A stretch of DNA of 64,000 bases, taken from NCBI GenBank assembly GCA_040437565.1, contig JBDOQK010000004.1:62001-126000 (forward strand). Reading direction: 5' to 3'. The translations under genes were made by a program, and so were the position numbers. A model generated the notes under the pieces. The model saw only the letters and a program-made list of their open reading frames with translations, searched no databases and was not told where the DNA came from. Shown here one piece after another: positions 11,011-22,707 of this stretch (the first letter of the stretch is position 1; the number at the start of each line of letters is the position of its first letter). The DNA comes from Albugo candida. Lineage: Eukaryota.

Positions 11011-12306
11011 TCATGTTCCTGCGACCGAATCGATGAGAATTTGATAGCCAGAGTCCAACGGGATTTGTGGATCCATAATGGACTGACAGATGGTGGGAAT
11101 GTCCGTGGTTAGATCCAGCACGTCCGTGAGAAAGAGTAATAGATGGAAATCCTTGAGACGATCGATGTATGTCTCATTTCGGTACTTTTGTAAATGCCTT
11201 CGGAGAGCTTCACGCAATGGGCGCAGTATTTGTCGATGCGGACGCGGAAAGTCGCTCTTGAGACCTGAACTATGCGTCGTGACGGGGACAACACAGAGAA
11301 AAAAGTTGTTGTCAATTTCAGTGGCAGCCTTGCCTTCCACAATGGCGGTATACGTTTCGCTTACAGCGCAGACTTTCGCATTGGACGCATGTTCCGCATT
11401 TAATGCACCAGCTGCAAACATATCGAGACATTGGTCGCTGACTTGGAATGCCTCGAAAGTCGTCTGCCCTTCTTTGTCCAATGTAACCTTGAGTGACAAA
11501 AAAAGCGAGCCTTTCCCTCCTGCATCCAATTGCAACTGAGCTGCCATAAGGATCTCATTGGAGGAGAAATGAAAGTCGGAATCTTCACGTGGGGGATGTG
11601 AGAACACCCATCCGACTTTTTCCCTACCCAGAGCTTTAGCCACTGCATCCGGTTTCTCACCCAACGGATCCCCAAAAACTTGGAAATCGTGCGGTGTACC
11701 TTCTTGTGGTGGCTCATAGATAAAGTCCACAGTAACTTTTTTGCTTTCTTGATCTATTGCTCCGTATAACCAGCCGCATCGTGACTGCTGAAACGCAAAT
11801 TGACGAAGGTACGATTGGAAATTATCACAACTCGCCTTATCCAAGCTGACTTGAGCCACGTGAGCTTTTTCTTGAGGTTTTAATTTGAACTCAAATTCTT
11901 CATCCATCCGCATAAATTCGCCAATGGTCCAATGCATTTTGATGTCCCGTAAAGCCTTTAATCCGGGACGGAACGATTTCTTTCCATTCAACACATGATG
12001 CTCGACATGCGTAATGCTACCATCCGCATTCACCTTGCGAGATATTGTGGTTTCTCCCGTGGCAATGGCAATTGTGTCTCCATCGTATTGCAGATAAATT
12101 AGGTCACCATGTCCCACACGAACACTTTGCAATGTTTCACCGTCATTGACGGGAACTTTTCCTTGGTTGTCGAGAAAGTACCGCTGTTTAATAGTATCAA
12201 TACCGTGCAATTGCTGCACGCATTGTTTTACGTCCGTCACAGTCGATTGAGGGGACAGGTTCTCAATTCGCCAAGTTCCATTTTTAGATCGCACACGAAC
12301 TAGCAT
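11011..12306 (-). CDS. NPL4: NPL4-like ubiquitin-recognition cofactor of Cdc48/p97
   Basis: MLVRVRSKNGTWR ubiquitin-like N-terminus, HGDLIYL, RCGWLYG, VDFIYEPPQEG, VGWVFSH, FEAFQVSDQC, DFHLLLFL. Confidence 0.92.
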   Translation of the reverse strand: MLVRVRSKNGTWRIENLSPQSTVTDVKQCVQQLHGIDTIKQRYFLDNQGKVPVNDGETLQSVRVGHGDLIYLQYDGDTIAIATGETTISRKVNADGSITHVEHHVLNGKKSFRPGLKALRDIKMHWTIGEFMRMDEEFEFKLKPQEKAHVAQVSLDKASCDNFQSYLRQFAFQQSRCGWLYGAIDQESKKVTVDFIYEPPQEGTPHDFQVFGDPLGEKPDAVAKALGREKVGWVFSHPPREDSDFHFSSNEILMAAQLQLDAGGKGSLFLSLKVTLDKEGQTTFEAFQVSDQCLDMFAAGALNAEHASNAKVCAVSETYTAIVEGKAATEIDNNFFLCVVPVTTHSSGLKSDFPRPHRQILRPLREALRRHLQKYRNETYIDRLKDFHLLLFLTDVLDLTTDIPTICQSIMDPQIPLDSGYQILIDSVAGT

Positions 12307-12414
12307 CTCGTTAGATTCTCGACCCGATGCCTGAGTTATAGTGGTCGACACAAGTGTCGTCGTGATTTCATGTGGATAACACTATTTTCTTTATGTATTC
12401 GTCTATCAAGAATA

Positions 12415-14226
12415 TTACATCAAAGAGGTTATTCGTTCANNNNNNNNNNNNNNNNNNNNNNNNNNNNNNNNNNNNNNNNNNNNNNNNNNNNNNNNNNNNN
12501 NNNNNNNNNNNNNNNNNNNNNNNNNNNNNNNNNNNNNNNGCAGATGGTTTGTCAGAACATTCTCCATCATCTCTTTGTCAATGACAGATGTGGATGACCC
12601 ATAGGCGGCTGCCTGGAATGCAATCACGAGTTTTGCGATCTCACGACCTGAAAAGCCTCCAATTCGCTTCGCAATGCTCTCAAACCATTTATTATCGATA
12701 TCCTCTTCCACGACAATGGGCTTTGCGTACTTTGAATTTGACGGATTTTGGATCAATCGTTCGAAATACTGAGCAAGCATGCGAACGCGCTCATTCTGAC
12801 CAGGAAGAGCGAACTCGACCATTTCGTCAATACGATCATTGATGGCCCAATCGAATTGCTCAGGCTGATTACTTGCAAATACGATCATGAATTTGTCACT
12901 TGCTTCTCCTGTTCGATACAAGAAAGCGTTCAAAGCGTTTCGAGTGTCTTCGCTCATGACCGTGTTGCTCCGTTTCTGTAAAAACGCATCGGCTTCATCC
13001 ACAAATAGTAAGAGACCACGACGACTGTGTGACGCCCAATCAAACAATTTGTGAATCTCAGTGACACCTTCTCGTCCCAAAGGTGCAACATCACCACCCG
13101 TTAAAATCGCATAATCAAGCCCAGAATGTCGCGCCAGCGCCTTTGCGAATAATGTCTTACCCGTACCCGGAGGGCCATGAAGTAGTAAATGACGAAATGG
13201 TGCACCGTTTTTTTTCGTATTTGATGTAGAAACAGCAACTTGACGCAATCGCTGATCTAATTTGTGCTCTAGCACAACTCCATCTAGTGGATCACCGATT
13301 TTTTCAAGATTCAGTAAGCGCTTGATAGATGGCACTGGATTTATGATCGATTGAGCTGTAGAACGACGTGATGTTTCTCGCACAAGTGATGGTTTTCCAA
13401 GACGAGCTTCAACGTAGCGACCGGCAACTCCCGTGGTCACTTTTGCAGTGTAAATCCCAAGAGCTAAGGCCGTAAAAGAAACAACTGCTGATGTTAGTTT
13501 CTCTTTATCGCTGAAAAAAGCCATAAGACCAGTTCCGAGGGTGGACCCAGCCACTTGAATTCCTTCCAACACTGTTTCTCGGTATTCCTTTGCTCGTAAT
13601 CGCGCTTCCTCTAAATGCAAATCGTGATTTAACCGTTCTTGTTTGATTTTTCCATCGACTTCAGCTGCAACTTTAGCGAGTTCAGTTCTCTGTCGTAGCT
13701 CAGCCTCATAATCCAAGGTTTTCCTTCTTGCAGCTTCTTGTCGTGCGATAATCTCTTCTTGCTTTTTCAATTCCTGCTCTTTCATATACTTTTGAGCCGC
13801 CAACTGATCCGCATACTGTTTCCTTTTAAGTTGATCCTGGTACTGAGCCCGTTGTTGATTTTGACGCGTCTCTTCCTCGAGTGTCTTGCGCCGCTCTTCG
13901 CCTTCTTTTTGCACGCGCATCACTTCGTATTGCTTGTACAGCGCTTCATTTTCTTTCGCTTTGGCTTGTTGTTCAATTTGTTTCGTACGTTCAGCCTCTT
14001 TAGCGATTTGAAAAGCTTCTTTGGCATACCGTGAATTCTCTAACTCACGTGCAGCGCGTGCAGCTCGCTCGAGACCAGAAGGATCAAAGGAGTAACCACT
14101 CGCGCCACCTGCCGCTTTAGGTACATTTCCTGAGCCACCTGATGCGGGCAAAGTTGACGACGAAGTCGATTCAGGTGGGTCTGAAGCGCCGTTGTCTGGA
14201 GATCGTTTGCCAAAGATATTGAGCAT
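12415..14226 (-). CDS. ATAD3: ATPase family AAA domain-containing protein 3 (3' end spans a gap)
   Basis: FDPSGLERAARAARELE, coiled coil, transmembrane segment, RLGKPSLVRETSR, HGPPGTGKT, LLFVDEADAFL. Confidence 0.95.
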   Translation of the reverse strand: MLNIFGKRSPDNGASDPPESTSSSTLPASGGSGNVPKAAGGASGYSFDPSGLERAARAARELENSRYAKEAFQIAKEAERTKQIEQQAKAKENEALYKQYEVMRVQKEGEERRKTLEEETRQNQQRAQYQDQLKRKQYADQLAAQKYMKEQELKKQEEIIARQEAARRKTLDYEAELRQRTELAKVAAEVDGKIKQERLNHDLHLEEARLRAKEYRETVLEGIQVAGSTLGTGLMAFFSDKEKLTSAVVSFTALALGIYTAKVTTGVAGRYVEARLGKPSLVRETSRRSTAQSIINPVPSIKRLLNLEKIGDPLDGVVLEHKLDQRLRQVAVSTSNTKKNGAPFRHLLLHGPPGTGKTLFAKALARHSGLDYAILTGGDVAPLGREGVTEIHKLFDWASHSRRGLLLFVDEADAFLQKRSNTVMSEDTRNALNAFLYRTGEASDKFMIVFASNQPEQFDWAINDRIDEMVEFALPGQNERVRMLAQYFERLIQNPSNSKYAKPIVVEEDIDNKWFESIAKRIGGFSGREIAKLVIAFQAAAYGSSTSVIDKEMMENVLTNHLXXXXXXXXXXXXXXXXXXXXXXXXXXXXXXXXXXERITSLM

Positions 14227-14779
14227 GTTCCGCTTAAAGAAAATGACTGGCAAACGCGGCGGTAACACTGGCCGTATTTAAGGGATGAACTATGGTATAT
14301 CGTATTTATGGTGTAAGTACGGTGCAAAGCATTATGCAGGAGTATCTCATTCGATTAGTGAAAAGACAACATAAATGAGCTGCAATCAGATGAGAAGAAG
14401 GGGCTTGTGCAAGGAAGTGCCAGCTCTCTATCATGTAGTGATTTCAGCAATCGATTTACATGATGTTATATCAAAGTTATTGTTAGAACTTGAGGATTAA
14501 ACTGTGAAGATGTTGTCTGACGGTCCGTGTGAAAGAATGAAATACGAATGGTTTGTCTCCGCCGCTCCGTAGTAGTTGCTCAAGTCATCAAGCTGAGGCT
14601 TTTGTTTCTTTTTGAACCTTTCAGAGTATTCGCATTGCAATTTCTGCTAGTGACGCCCGCCGGTTCTGCATCACAGTGCGCCCAATAGACCTGCGTTCTC
14701 TTCCACGACCTCCGCTTCCCATAGAATTCTTAGTCCCTTATGGAGTAAAAATCCCAAGAGCGGGCAGCTGACAATGTTT

Positions 14780-17700
14780 TTACCGCGTCCGCTGTCCTGA
14801 CTCGGTCACCGTCACCTAAACCAGATGAAACAATTCTTGCAGGTCCGACAACTTGGAAGCGGGTATCGCCTTGTTGGACAGATCGGCCATCGTAGCGTGA
14901 CCACACGTACTCCAGCCGAACAATCCCTCGTATTCCGAATTCTAGTATGAACGTCACATGTTTATCGACGTGCTCGGTGCTGTTCGTAGCGTTTTCCAAA
15001 TGTAGCTGTCGTAAAGCAGCGTAATTGTCCATCTTTATGACCATCGGCTCAGTCACGGAGACCCCACTTCTTTCACAATCTTTCGAAACTAGTAAGACCC
15101 GTCCAATCTTGAAAGTGATACGCTCGTTTTCTTCTTACGCATACAATGTATGATCGCACCGTCCATGGTGACAACTCGCTCCACCAGTAACTGACTTCCA
15201 CTGCGCTTATCCGNNNNNNNNNNNNNNNNNNNNNNNNNNNNNNNNNNNNNNNNNNNNNNNNNNNNNNNNNNNNNNNNNNNNNNNNNNNNNNNNNNNNNNN
15301 NNNNNNNNNNNNNCCATCGTAGCGTGACCACACGTACTCCAGCCGAACAATCCCTCGTATTCCGAATTCTAGTATGAACGTCACATGTTTATCGACGTGC
15401 TCGGTGCTGTTCGTAGCGTTTTCCAAATGTAGCTGTCGTAAAGCAGCGTAATTGTCCATCTTTATGACCATCGGCTCAGTCACGGAGACCCCACTTCTTT
15501 CACAATCTTTCGAAACTAGTAAGACCCGTCCAATCTTGAAAGTGATACGCTCGTTTTCTTCTTACGCATACAATGTATGATCGCACCGTCCATGGTGACA
15601 ACTCGCTCCACCAGTAACTGACTTCCACTGCGCTTATCCGAAGCGAAATCGGATCGCCCAACTATCTCGACCTACATACCTTTATCCACATTCACTTCCA
15701 TCCTAAGCTTCACGTCCTTGATAAGCTCCAGGTACCTAGTGACCCTTTTGGCGACTTTCAAGTCGTGAATGGCTGAATGATCCGTTTTGTGTAGAACTTG
15801 ATTCCCAGTGAAACGGACGTATTCCCTATAAAAAAGCGATCAAAAGTCTCTCACGTTCAGTTTAACAAATTCTCGTCTCCAATCGCTCTGCGTACTCCGT
15901 TTGCATCCGCAAGCCCGTATTGTTCTATCCGCTTCTCGAAGGTAGCCCGGTAAGCCAGCTTGCGACCTTCAGAGCTCCACGGTCACATTGAATAACATCG
16001 TCATATTCCGTACTTTCTTGATAGACAGCGTCCCAATCGCGTTAGAGAAAAAACGCTGACCAAGTGGCCAGGAAGTCAACGACATAGACCCCTACGATCA
16101 TATTCCCGTTCTCTGATGATTGTATAGAACCGCGTGGCGGTGGGCTCCTTATAAAGTCGGTCTCATGACGTATTTTGTGCAGTAGTTGACTTCATATTCT
16201 TCCTGCCTGTTTGATGCCGTAAGGGGATGTCTTCAAGTGTATCCGTAGCCTCGTATAACTCGACACACTCACCTTCTGCACTTCTCTGCTAGTATGTCCA
16301 TCCGCTTCAAGGTATAAATTCCTATTTACTGATCTTTCTATGTACAAGGCTCCATATACGCGTTGGGATATGTCCACGCATCGCAGGTTCGCCCTATTTG
16401 CGCGCAAACGCCAGTCTCACCAAATAGTGCTGTGCTCTATCACGGCTGTTCGATTGCACCATTAGTATCTGTCCTTGCCTCGAACAAGTATTTGGTGTGT
16501 AAGACGTGACTGCTCCTGGGAAGGACCACCACCACCCAAGCTCTGTTTTCATTCAAAGACCGAGTGTGTTTTTCAATAGCGACAGAACGCTAATGCTAGT
16601 CGCCGCTTCGCATTTCGCTCGGGATCAGCCCCACAGACGCTACTCGCTACGTCCCGTGTCTTGTAGTCTCCGATTACGTGACTTTAAGCCACTACCTGAG
16701 TATTTCTCCGTGTCTTGGACCGAGTGCATTGATCATTGCGACTCTATCGGCTACCCTGATCCGTTTTTGCCCGCCCCTTTCATGTCCGTTCTCTTGATGA
16801 GTCAATTCGAGCCGCGTCGATCTCATCTATCGGTGTATCTTCCGGCTCAAGGAAGTGTACTCGTCGAAGTTGATTGTCCTGCTGTTTGTGAGCATTCTTA
16901 CGTTCCTTACGTCCTACATTCCGGTGACTACATTGTCCTTTGATCTGTACGCACTATAACCCTTCGTCTTAACGCTTCCCGCGATCAAATAGGTTTACCC
17001 TGCTCGCACAGGGACTTGATCATGGCGTCCCGATAGACAATAAACGGGAAGCCAATCCACACGATGCACCTTGAACCGAGGTACGTTTCTGGAGCATCTG
17101 CAAGGGAGCCTTCCGTCCTTCATTTCTCTTGCTGGGACTCGCACTCACTCACTCATAATATAGGTGGCGTATCCATCCGAGTATCCTCGAAAGCTGAGTG
17201 ATGATCCAAAGGGAAAAATAAAGCTTTCCATTACATTGCAATTCTTCGCTGCATCCAGTCTACTTCATCATTATTGGGCTGATTTCGCGCTTGGTCTATT
17301 TGTCGGGAAATTTACCGATAAACTAGCAGAAAAGTTGAGCGGTCCTGTCTTCGCTTCATCCGTCCTTCTGGTGCACGTGGATGCAGAAGTGGAAAGGCCT
17401 TGCAAAATGGACCATTAATAAGGTGCATGAAAGCTTGATTGGCGACGTCCTTCGTCTTGACCAAGAATACACGACACTAGTTAGCACGATGGTCCACGCA
17501 TCTGACCATGAGACGTTTCCACATCAGTCTTTTGGTGATATTGAACCTTCAGGTCAGAGAAGATGGCTNNNNNNNNNNNNNNNNNNNNNNNNNNNNNNNN
17601 NNNNNNNNNNNNNNNNNNNNNNNNNNNNNNNNNNNNNNNNNNNNNNNNNNNNNNNNNNNNNNNNNNNNGGTGCATGAAAGCTTGATTGGCGACGTCCTTC

Positions 17701-19675
17701 GTCTTGACCAAGAATACACGACACTAGTTAGCACGATGGTCCACGCATCTGACCATGAGACGTTTCCACATCAGTCTTTTGGTGATATTGAACCTTCAGG
17801 TCAGAGAAGATGGCTACAGCGATAACTTGGATTGGTGACTTGTATCCCGATTTTCTCTTGGATTGGCGAATCTTTGTTTGCTTTCTTTTTCCGGAGGCCA
17901 ATCAACCCTTGATAATATTATCTGTAAGGATGATACACGGGCCAGGTTTCTCGTCATATCGATGGTCTTATAGCAGTTCATTTGGGCAACCTTCTCACTG
18001 TAGAGCATCATCAATCTCCGCTGCACATCATGCCGTACTTGCTTCTCATTTTTTAGGAAGACGAACATGAGTACATGAAACGCACTCTTTGTCTACCGAT
18101 GCCATTTAGCGCGCACGACCAGAACTTGGCTTCATACTTCCGCATATAATATCACTGGACCCTCATTGATTGCTGTGACCACCTGGTGCTGCCAGATACG
18201 CTTCCATGCACCGATTCCCTTGGAGAATCGGTAGGACACATTACACTGACATAGGTAGATAAGTCGAGTGGACTCAGGTAAATAAGAGAACTATTTCGAA
18301 GAATTCGGGAGTAACATGGACAAATACTGTCCCGTTATGTTCCTACCAAGGTTCTTAGCGTTGTACAGGTACAATAGGCGCACCTTCACCAGTTTGCAAT
18401 CACTATTCTCGCGATTAGTACTGTTCCACACTTTGTAACGCGCATCGTGTCCTCATCGGCAGCTCTGCACTCTCTGCATGTTTCGTTATATCCTATAAGA
18501 AATCTCATTTTTGCCCAGGGTCTGCTATATCCATTGTACAAGATCCAAACACCTTGTTCGATGATTCGAGACTTCAATTAAGCCCTACCGTTTCTATTTA
18601 CTCTTGCCGTCTTCATGATTCCTGTTTGCCATGCTTGTACCCCTTTCGGGCGTCTTGTCGCGTTCTTAATGATGCCTCTCTGCTAGAGTATTGCAAAGTC
18701 AGCAAATTCTTCAGCCTGTCGTATTAGGTCTGCAAGTGTCAAGTTCGAGCGTAAAGACACGGATACCGGATCCGCGTAGTGCGCAATATTGTGACAGAAA
18801 AGGTTATGGAAACCTTGCAGGTCCCTCTTACGGCCTTAATCTAGTGGATGCTCCGTCCAACTTCTTTTAGACCTCTTCCCCAAGGTAAGGAATTTCATGT
18901 TTTGCGCATGAGTGATTTGAAGAGCGAAAGTATGCCGAACGCGTGCTCCAAGGTTGTGTTCTCGTACCATCAACTTGTCGGCTGTAACATTCATTTTGAT
19001 ACATGCCAACTGAAGCCCGAGTGCTTCGACCTTACGTTCTCGTTCCGCAAACGATACCTCCCCCGGTTGCTTGTCCCCACGAAAGAAAGATCTTACACAA
19101 TTCCTGCTACAATCGTACCGGCCAATGCAAAGCTTTTTTTGACGCGCGTCTGGAACTATTCGAGATGCGCACCTAAAAATGGTCCGTGGTAGCCGAGGCT
19201 TGTCCATAGACATGCTGTCTAGCTCCGAAGTAGGTAGCTTAAACGTCTCAGGAGAGGCCTTCGGGGGTGACTTGAGTACAAAACTTCCCTGATTGTCGGC
19301 CATCCTTGTTTATTCATCTACGACATTTACTGACCTCTCAGATTATTCTATTGTTCTCTTTCTGTCACTCTTGTGACGCTTACGAACGTTCGTTGCGTAT
19401 GGTGAGGCCCGTAAGAGGTTCGAGAAGTTTCTTCAGTGTATTCTATGGCTTCGATTCATGCCCCTCTTTCTTTTTCTCTTTTTCGTACTGACCACTTACC
19501 TTTTCGTAATCGCTCTTAGCCCGTTCCGTCTTGCCGCTTTCGTTGGCAAGACGGTGTCACTATTTGGGTTCAGAACCTTGAAGTTGTAGTGGATTCACTT
19601 GTTGTACGAAGAAATCGAATGTCAGCTTCACAACTTGTGCTAGCCTATTCTTCTCCGATCGTGCGTCCTTCAACA
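14780..19675 (-). mobile_element. Degenerate Ty1/Copia LTR retrotransposon
   Basis: Broken frames in Copia order: gag (KRSWTEH...HNIAHYAD...RQAEEFADFA), RT (LKTSPYGIKQAGRI) and RNase H (PMVIKMDN.AAL...HVD....FI...GIVRLEYV...MADL.NKAIPASKL). Putative 5' LTR at 19578-19675 (TGTTGAAG...CTTCAA) followed by PBS-like GGTTCTGAACCCA. No 3' LTR recognised. Confidence 0.88.
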
Positions 19676-19844
19676 TTTATCTATCCGAGCGTCCTGCAAC
19701 ATCCATCCAGCCATGTGTCCAGCATGCCAATCATCCATCTTAAGAGCGGGCGGCGGAAATCAGGATCTAGTGCAACCCTTCAACCCGTGCGCTACCACCA
19801 AAACTCTTACAGCGAGGGCATGGCAAAAAATAAACTCAAGCAGC

Positions 19845-20260
19845 TAAGACGGTATCAGGATCGTTTCATGTTGCACGACAGTGTGAGATTTTTCATAGCG
19901 CGTAGCGCAAGCGAAGGTCCTGGACGATAGTAGCTGAGCCGAAAATGCGGAGTCAAAGTGTGCCAAGAGCTTCTCTCGTCGATAAAGCGCCGCTTTGTCG
20001 TGACACGGATTGAAACCGATCCAGCTGCTCATAGATGCTTGCGTCCATCGAATGAAGCGCTTCAAGAATGTCGCAAACCGCGTGGAATTGCATATGATAC
20101 TTTCACGTCATACCGGTAGGCTTGTTCTAATTCCTGTGGTATGCAGTTGATCTAGTATTGTCGAATAATTACAAGGAATAAAGATTACACTCGAGTGATG
20201 TGTTCAAATAGCATCAACGTGCTAGATCTTCCCTTCCTTACAATAAAGACCAAATAAAAA
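19845..20260 (-). pseudogene. Gene relic 'partner B', frameshifted copy
   Basis: Reverse-complement homolog of 49260-49690 (CDILEALHSMDASIYEQLDRF vs CDIIEAIYSMDASICEQLDRF), with 1-bp indels. Confidence 0.6.
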
Positions 20261-20596
20261 ACGATTCCTTCACCGTAATTTCATTGTCTGGTCATTAAAC
20301 ATCAACTAAAATTTGAATTGGTCAATTCCCATCTACTTCATCCATTAGGTTCTCATTCCAAGGGCCTCTGACGGTATCATCATGACACTAGCAATTTCCT
20401 TCCGACTACCCAGGGCTCATCAACATAACACATGGGTTCTTACGCTTTCACAGTTGTCGCTTTCGGTCTGATCGCTGTTGCAAATTCAAATAAGAAACTG
20501 AAAAAACTTAATAGAACGCTGTTTTTTTCTTCTGTCGTATCCTTTCGTCTTCTATGCGCAATCATCGGACTGCTTTCATTCTCATTATCATACACA

Positions 20597-21690
20597 ATGA
20601 GCACTCGACAATCGACAAGGAACTCGCGGCTAATGCCCGCAAGCATGCGCCGCATTGGTGGTGGCTATGCTCAGAAGAGAGATTGGTCATCTCAGGGCTA
20701 CAAAGGCGTAGGAATAGTCAGCGTTTGCTGGTCAGCCTTCACTCGTTTGGTGGTCTCCGGATTGGACTTCTCGAGGCCCTTGATCAAAGGGTTGAAATAA
20801 TCCAGAAACNNNNNNNNNNNNNNNNNNNNNNNNNNNNNNNNNNNNNNNNNNNNNNNNNNNNNNNNNNNNNNNNNNNNNNNNNNNNNNNNNNNNNNNNNNN
20901 NNNNNNNNNGAAATAATCCAGAAACACTCCCTAGCAGTAAAAAGTATGTATATTATTTATCCAAGGTCCTACAATAGTTAGTCTAAGCCTTGAGAAACGT
21001 AGCCACTGGTTTATTGTCTAATAGATATGAAGTAGATTGATGTGTGCCACACATCTACTTGTACCGTACTGTCCATAATGTACACGGTACATGTGATAAT
21101 GACGGTCTAATGGAATGGAAAAGCAATCAGATTTCCATTCCATCAAACCGCCATTATCCACCACAAGTCGTCAAAACGAGACGCTCTCCGAGCTCGCACA
21201 AAAGGATAGAGTCAAATTGTGCGAGTTCAGCAAAGAGAAATTGAGGCAGCTGCGCAAAAGAATTGCATTGAGAAGCTTTCACCTTTTCCTTGCAGCTCGA
21301 AACTACTGCATCTGAATTATAAGATTGACCAATGTGACTTCAACAACCAGAAACGACTGCATCAGAACTGGAGGATTGAACAATTAGCCTCAAAAAAGTT
21401 CAAACTGAATTTTATTACGCAGTGCGGCTACTCGGTGAATACCGACAACAATTAAAACAAGTCTCAACTAGCAGTATTATGGCTACAAAGCGTCGTCAAT
21501 CAGAAGTTATTGTTGACGCTTAACCAAACTTTTACAAAAAACTTAACAAAGCACCAAGACTCGAGATTGATTGATTACATCACAAAATAGATGAATTACA
21601 CCAAACAATTGAGCATTTGCAGCGTCAAATCAAACAATTAACTACAAGCACACAGCAAACAATCAATGGAGGAAGTAGGAACAGCTTATT
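20597..21690 (+). pseudogene. Coiled-coil repeat gene family, copy 2 (deleted and insertion-disrupted)
   Basis: MSTRQSTRNSRLMPASMRRIGGGY start, EAAAQKNCIEKL, and a 3' end ...GGAAGTAGGAACAGCT homologous to the other copies. Shares the 5' flank at 20260-20390. Confidence 0.75.
20747..21165. mobile_element. LTR/MITE-like insertion inside coiled-coil copy 2 (contains a gap)
   Basis: Ends TTGGTGG...CCACCACA, flanked by ACTCGT/AGTCGT (imperfect target duplication). Homology to copy 1 resumes exactly after the insert. Confidence 0.5.
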
Positions 21691-21934
21691 ATCTTTTGTA
21701 AATAACAAAAAAAAATTCTTTTCTTACTTGATGAGCCGACGTTTTTTCGTGTTTCAATCGTGATACCGTCCTTTCTCTGTTCATGACATAATGAACGTAC
21801 CAAAAACGTTTTTTATCACAGTCATTCGCAGTGCCTATTTTGGTTTGAAAATCTCTCTGGCTTTCAACCATCAAAAGGTATCTAATGCACTGACTGGGTA
21901 TTCTTTGAAATTTTGACTGAGATTGAGTGTGTGT

Positions 21935-22590
21935 ATTTGCGATGCAGGAAGCTTAGCTATACAAGGCGATGGAAGGAAATCGGCAAAATGGATGCTCGCT
22001 GTGTCTCGAACTCAGCAAAAATACCTCGCTTTTCTACATGTAACCGAAGAAGCAAAAACAGCAGACGGAATGAAACGAATTACCTGCAAGAACAGGATAC
22101 AAAGCCTGAGTGTGCGCAAGTGAAAGCACCACGAGAAACCATTGATATTGCTGTAGCACTCCCAGACAACCTAGCTGATAGTGGTACCCACTGCTTGCAC
22201 ATGTTACTACAACATACATTTCGTCGTCACCTCCACAACGATCTACGTAGCTTTGCTTCTCTTATCGAAGGCGAAACAGGAGCTTGTATCAGATGACTTC
22301 ATCACAGTTACGCAACAGTACAAACATATTTTCTCAGTTCTGAAACAGCAACAAGATTCCGAAGCAAATTCCTACAGCAATTCATTCATATCAATTTTAT
22401 GTTCCATCTACCGCAAATAAAACGAAAGCGCCCAATTCGCACCAAAAGTGACGAAAGTCAATTTTGAGCTTACAAAAATTAGCAGCAAAATCGAAAAACG
22501 TGCAGCACGTACATGCGTGCATCGGATGTGACAAGCTGATGGAATTCATGAACTCTACAGCTTGCAAAACTCTTGTGCCGTTTGCGATGA
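21935..22590 (+). pseudogene. Degenerate partial duplicate of the CDK5RAP3/C53 gene
   Basis: LLQHTFRRHLHNDL and QELVSDDFITVTQQYKHIFSVLKQQ match LLQTSFRRHLHHNL and EELVSNDLITITNQYRDICPVLKQQ at 42.6-42.7 kb. Sequence resembling the last intron is retained; frameshifted. Confidence 0.8.
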
Positions 22591-22707
22591 AGCTATCGGA
22601 ATCTCAAACTGGCAATACGTTTGCTTGATTCAAGATTTCCATCGCTTTCCATATGAGAAAAAGCCATATATTCAAACCATCGTGGCATGCATGCAAGAGA
22701 ATTATTC

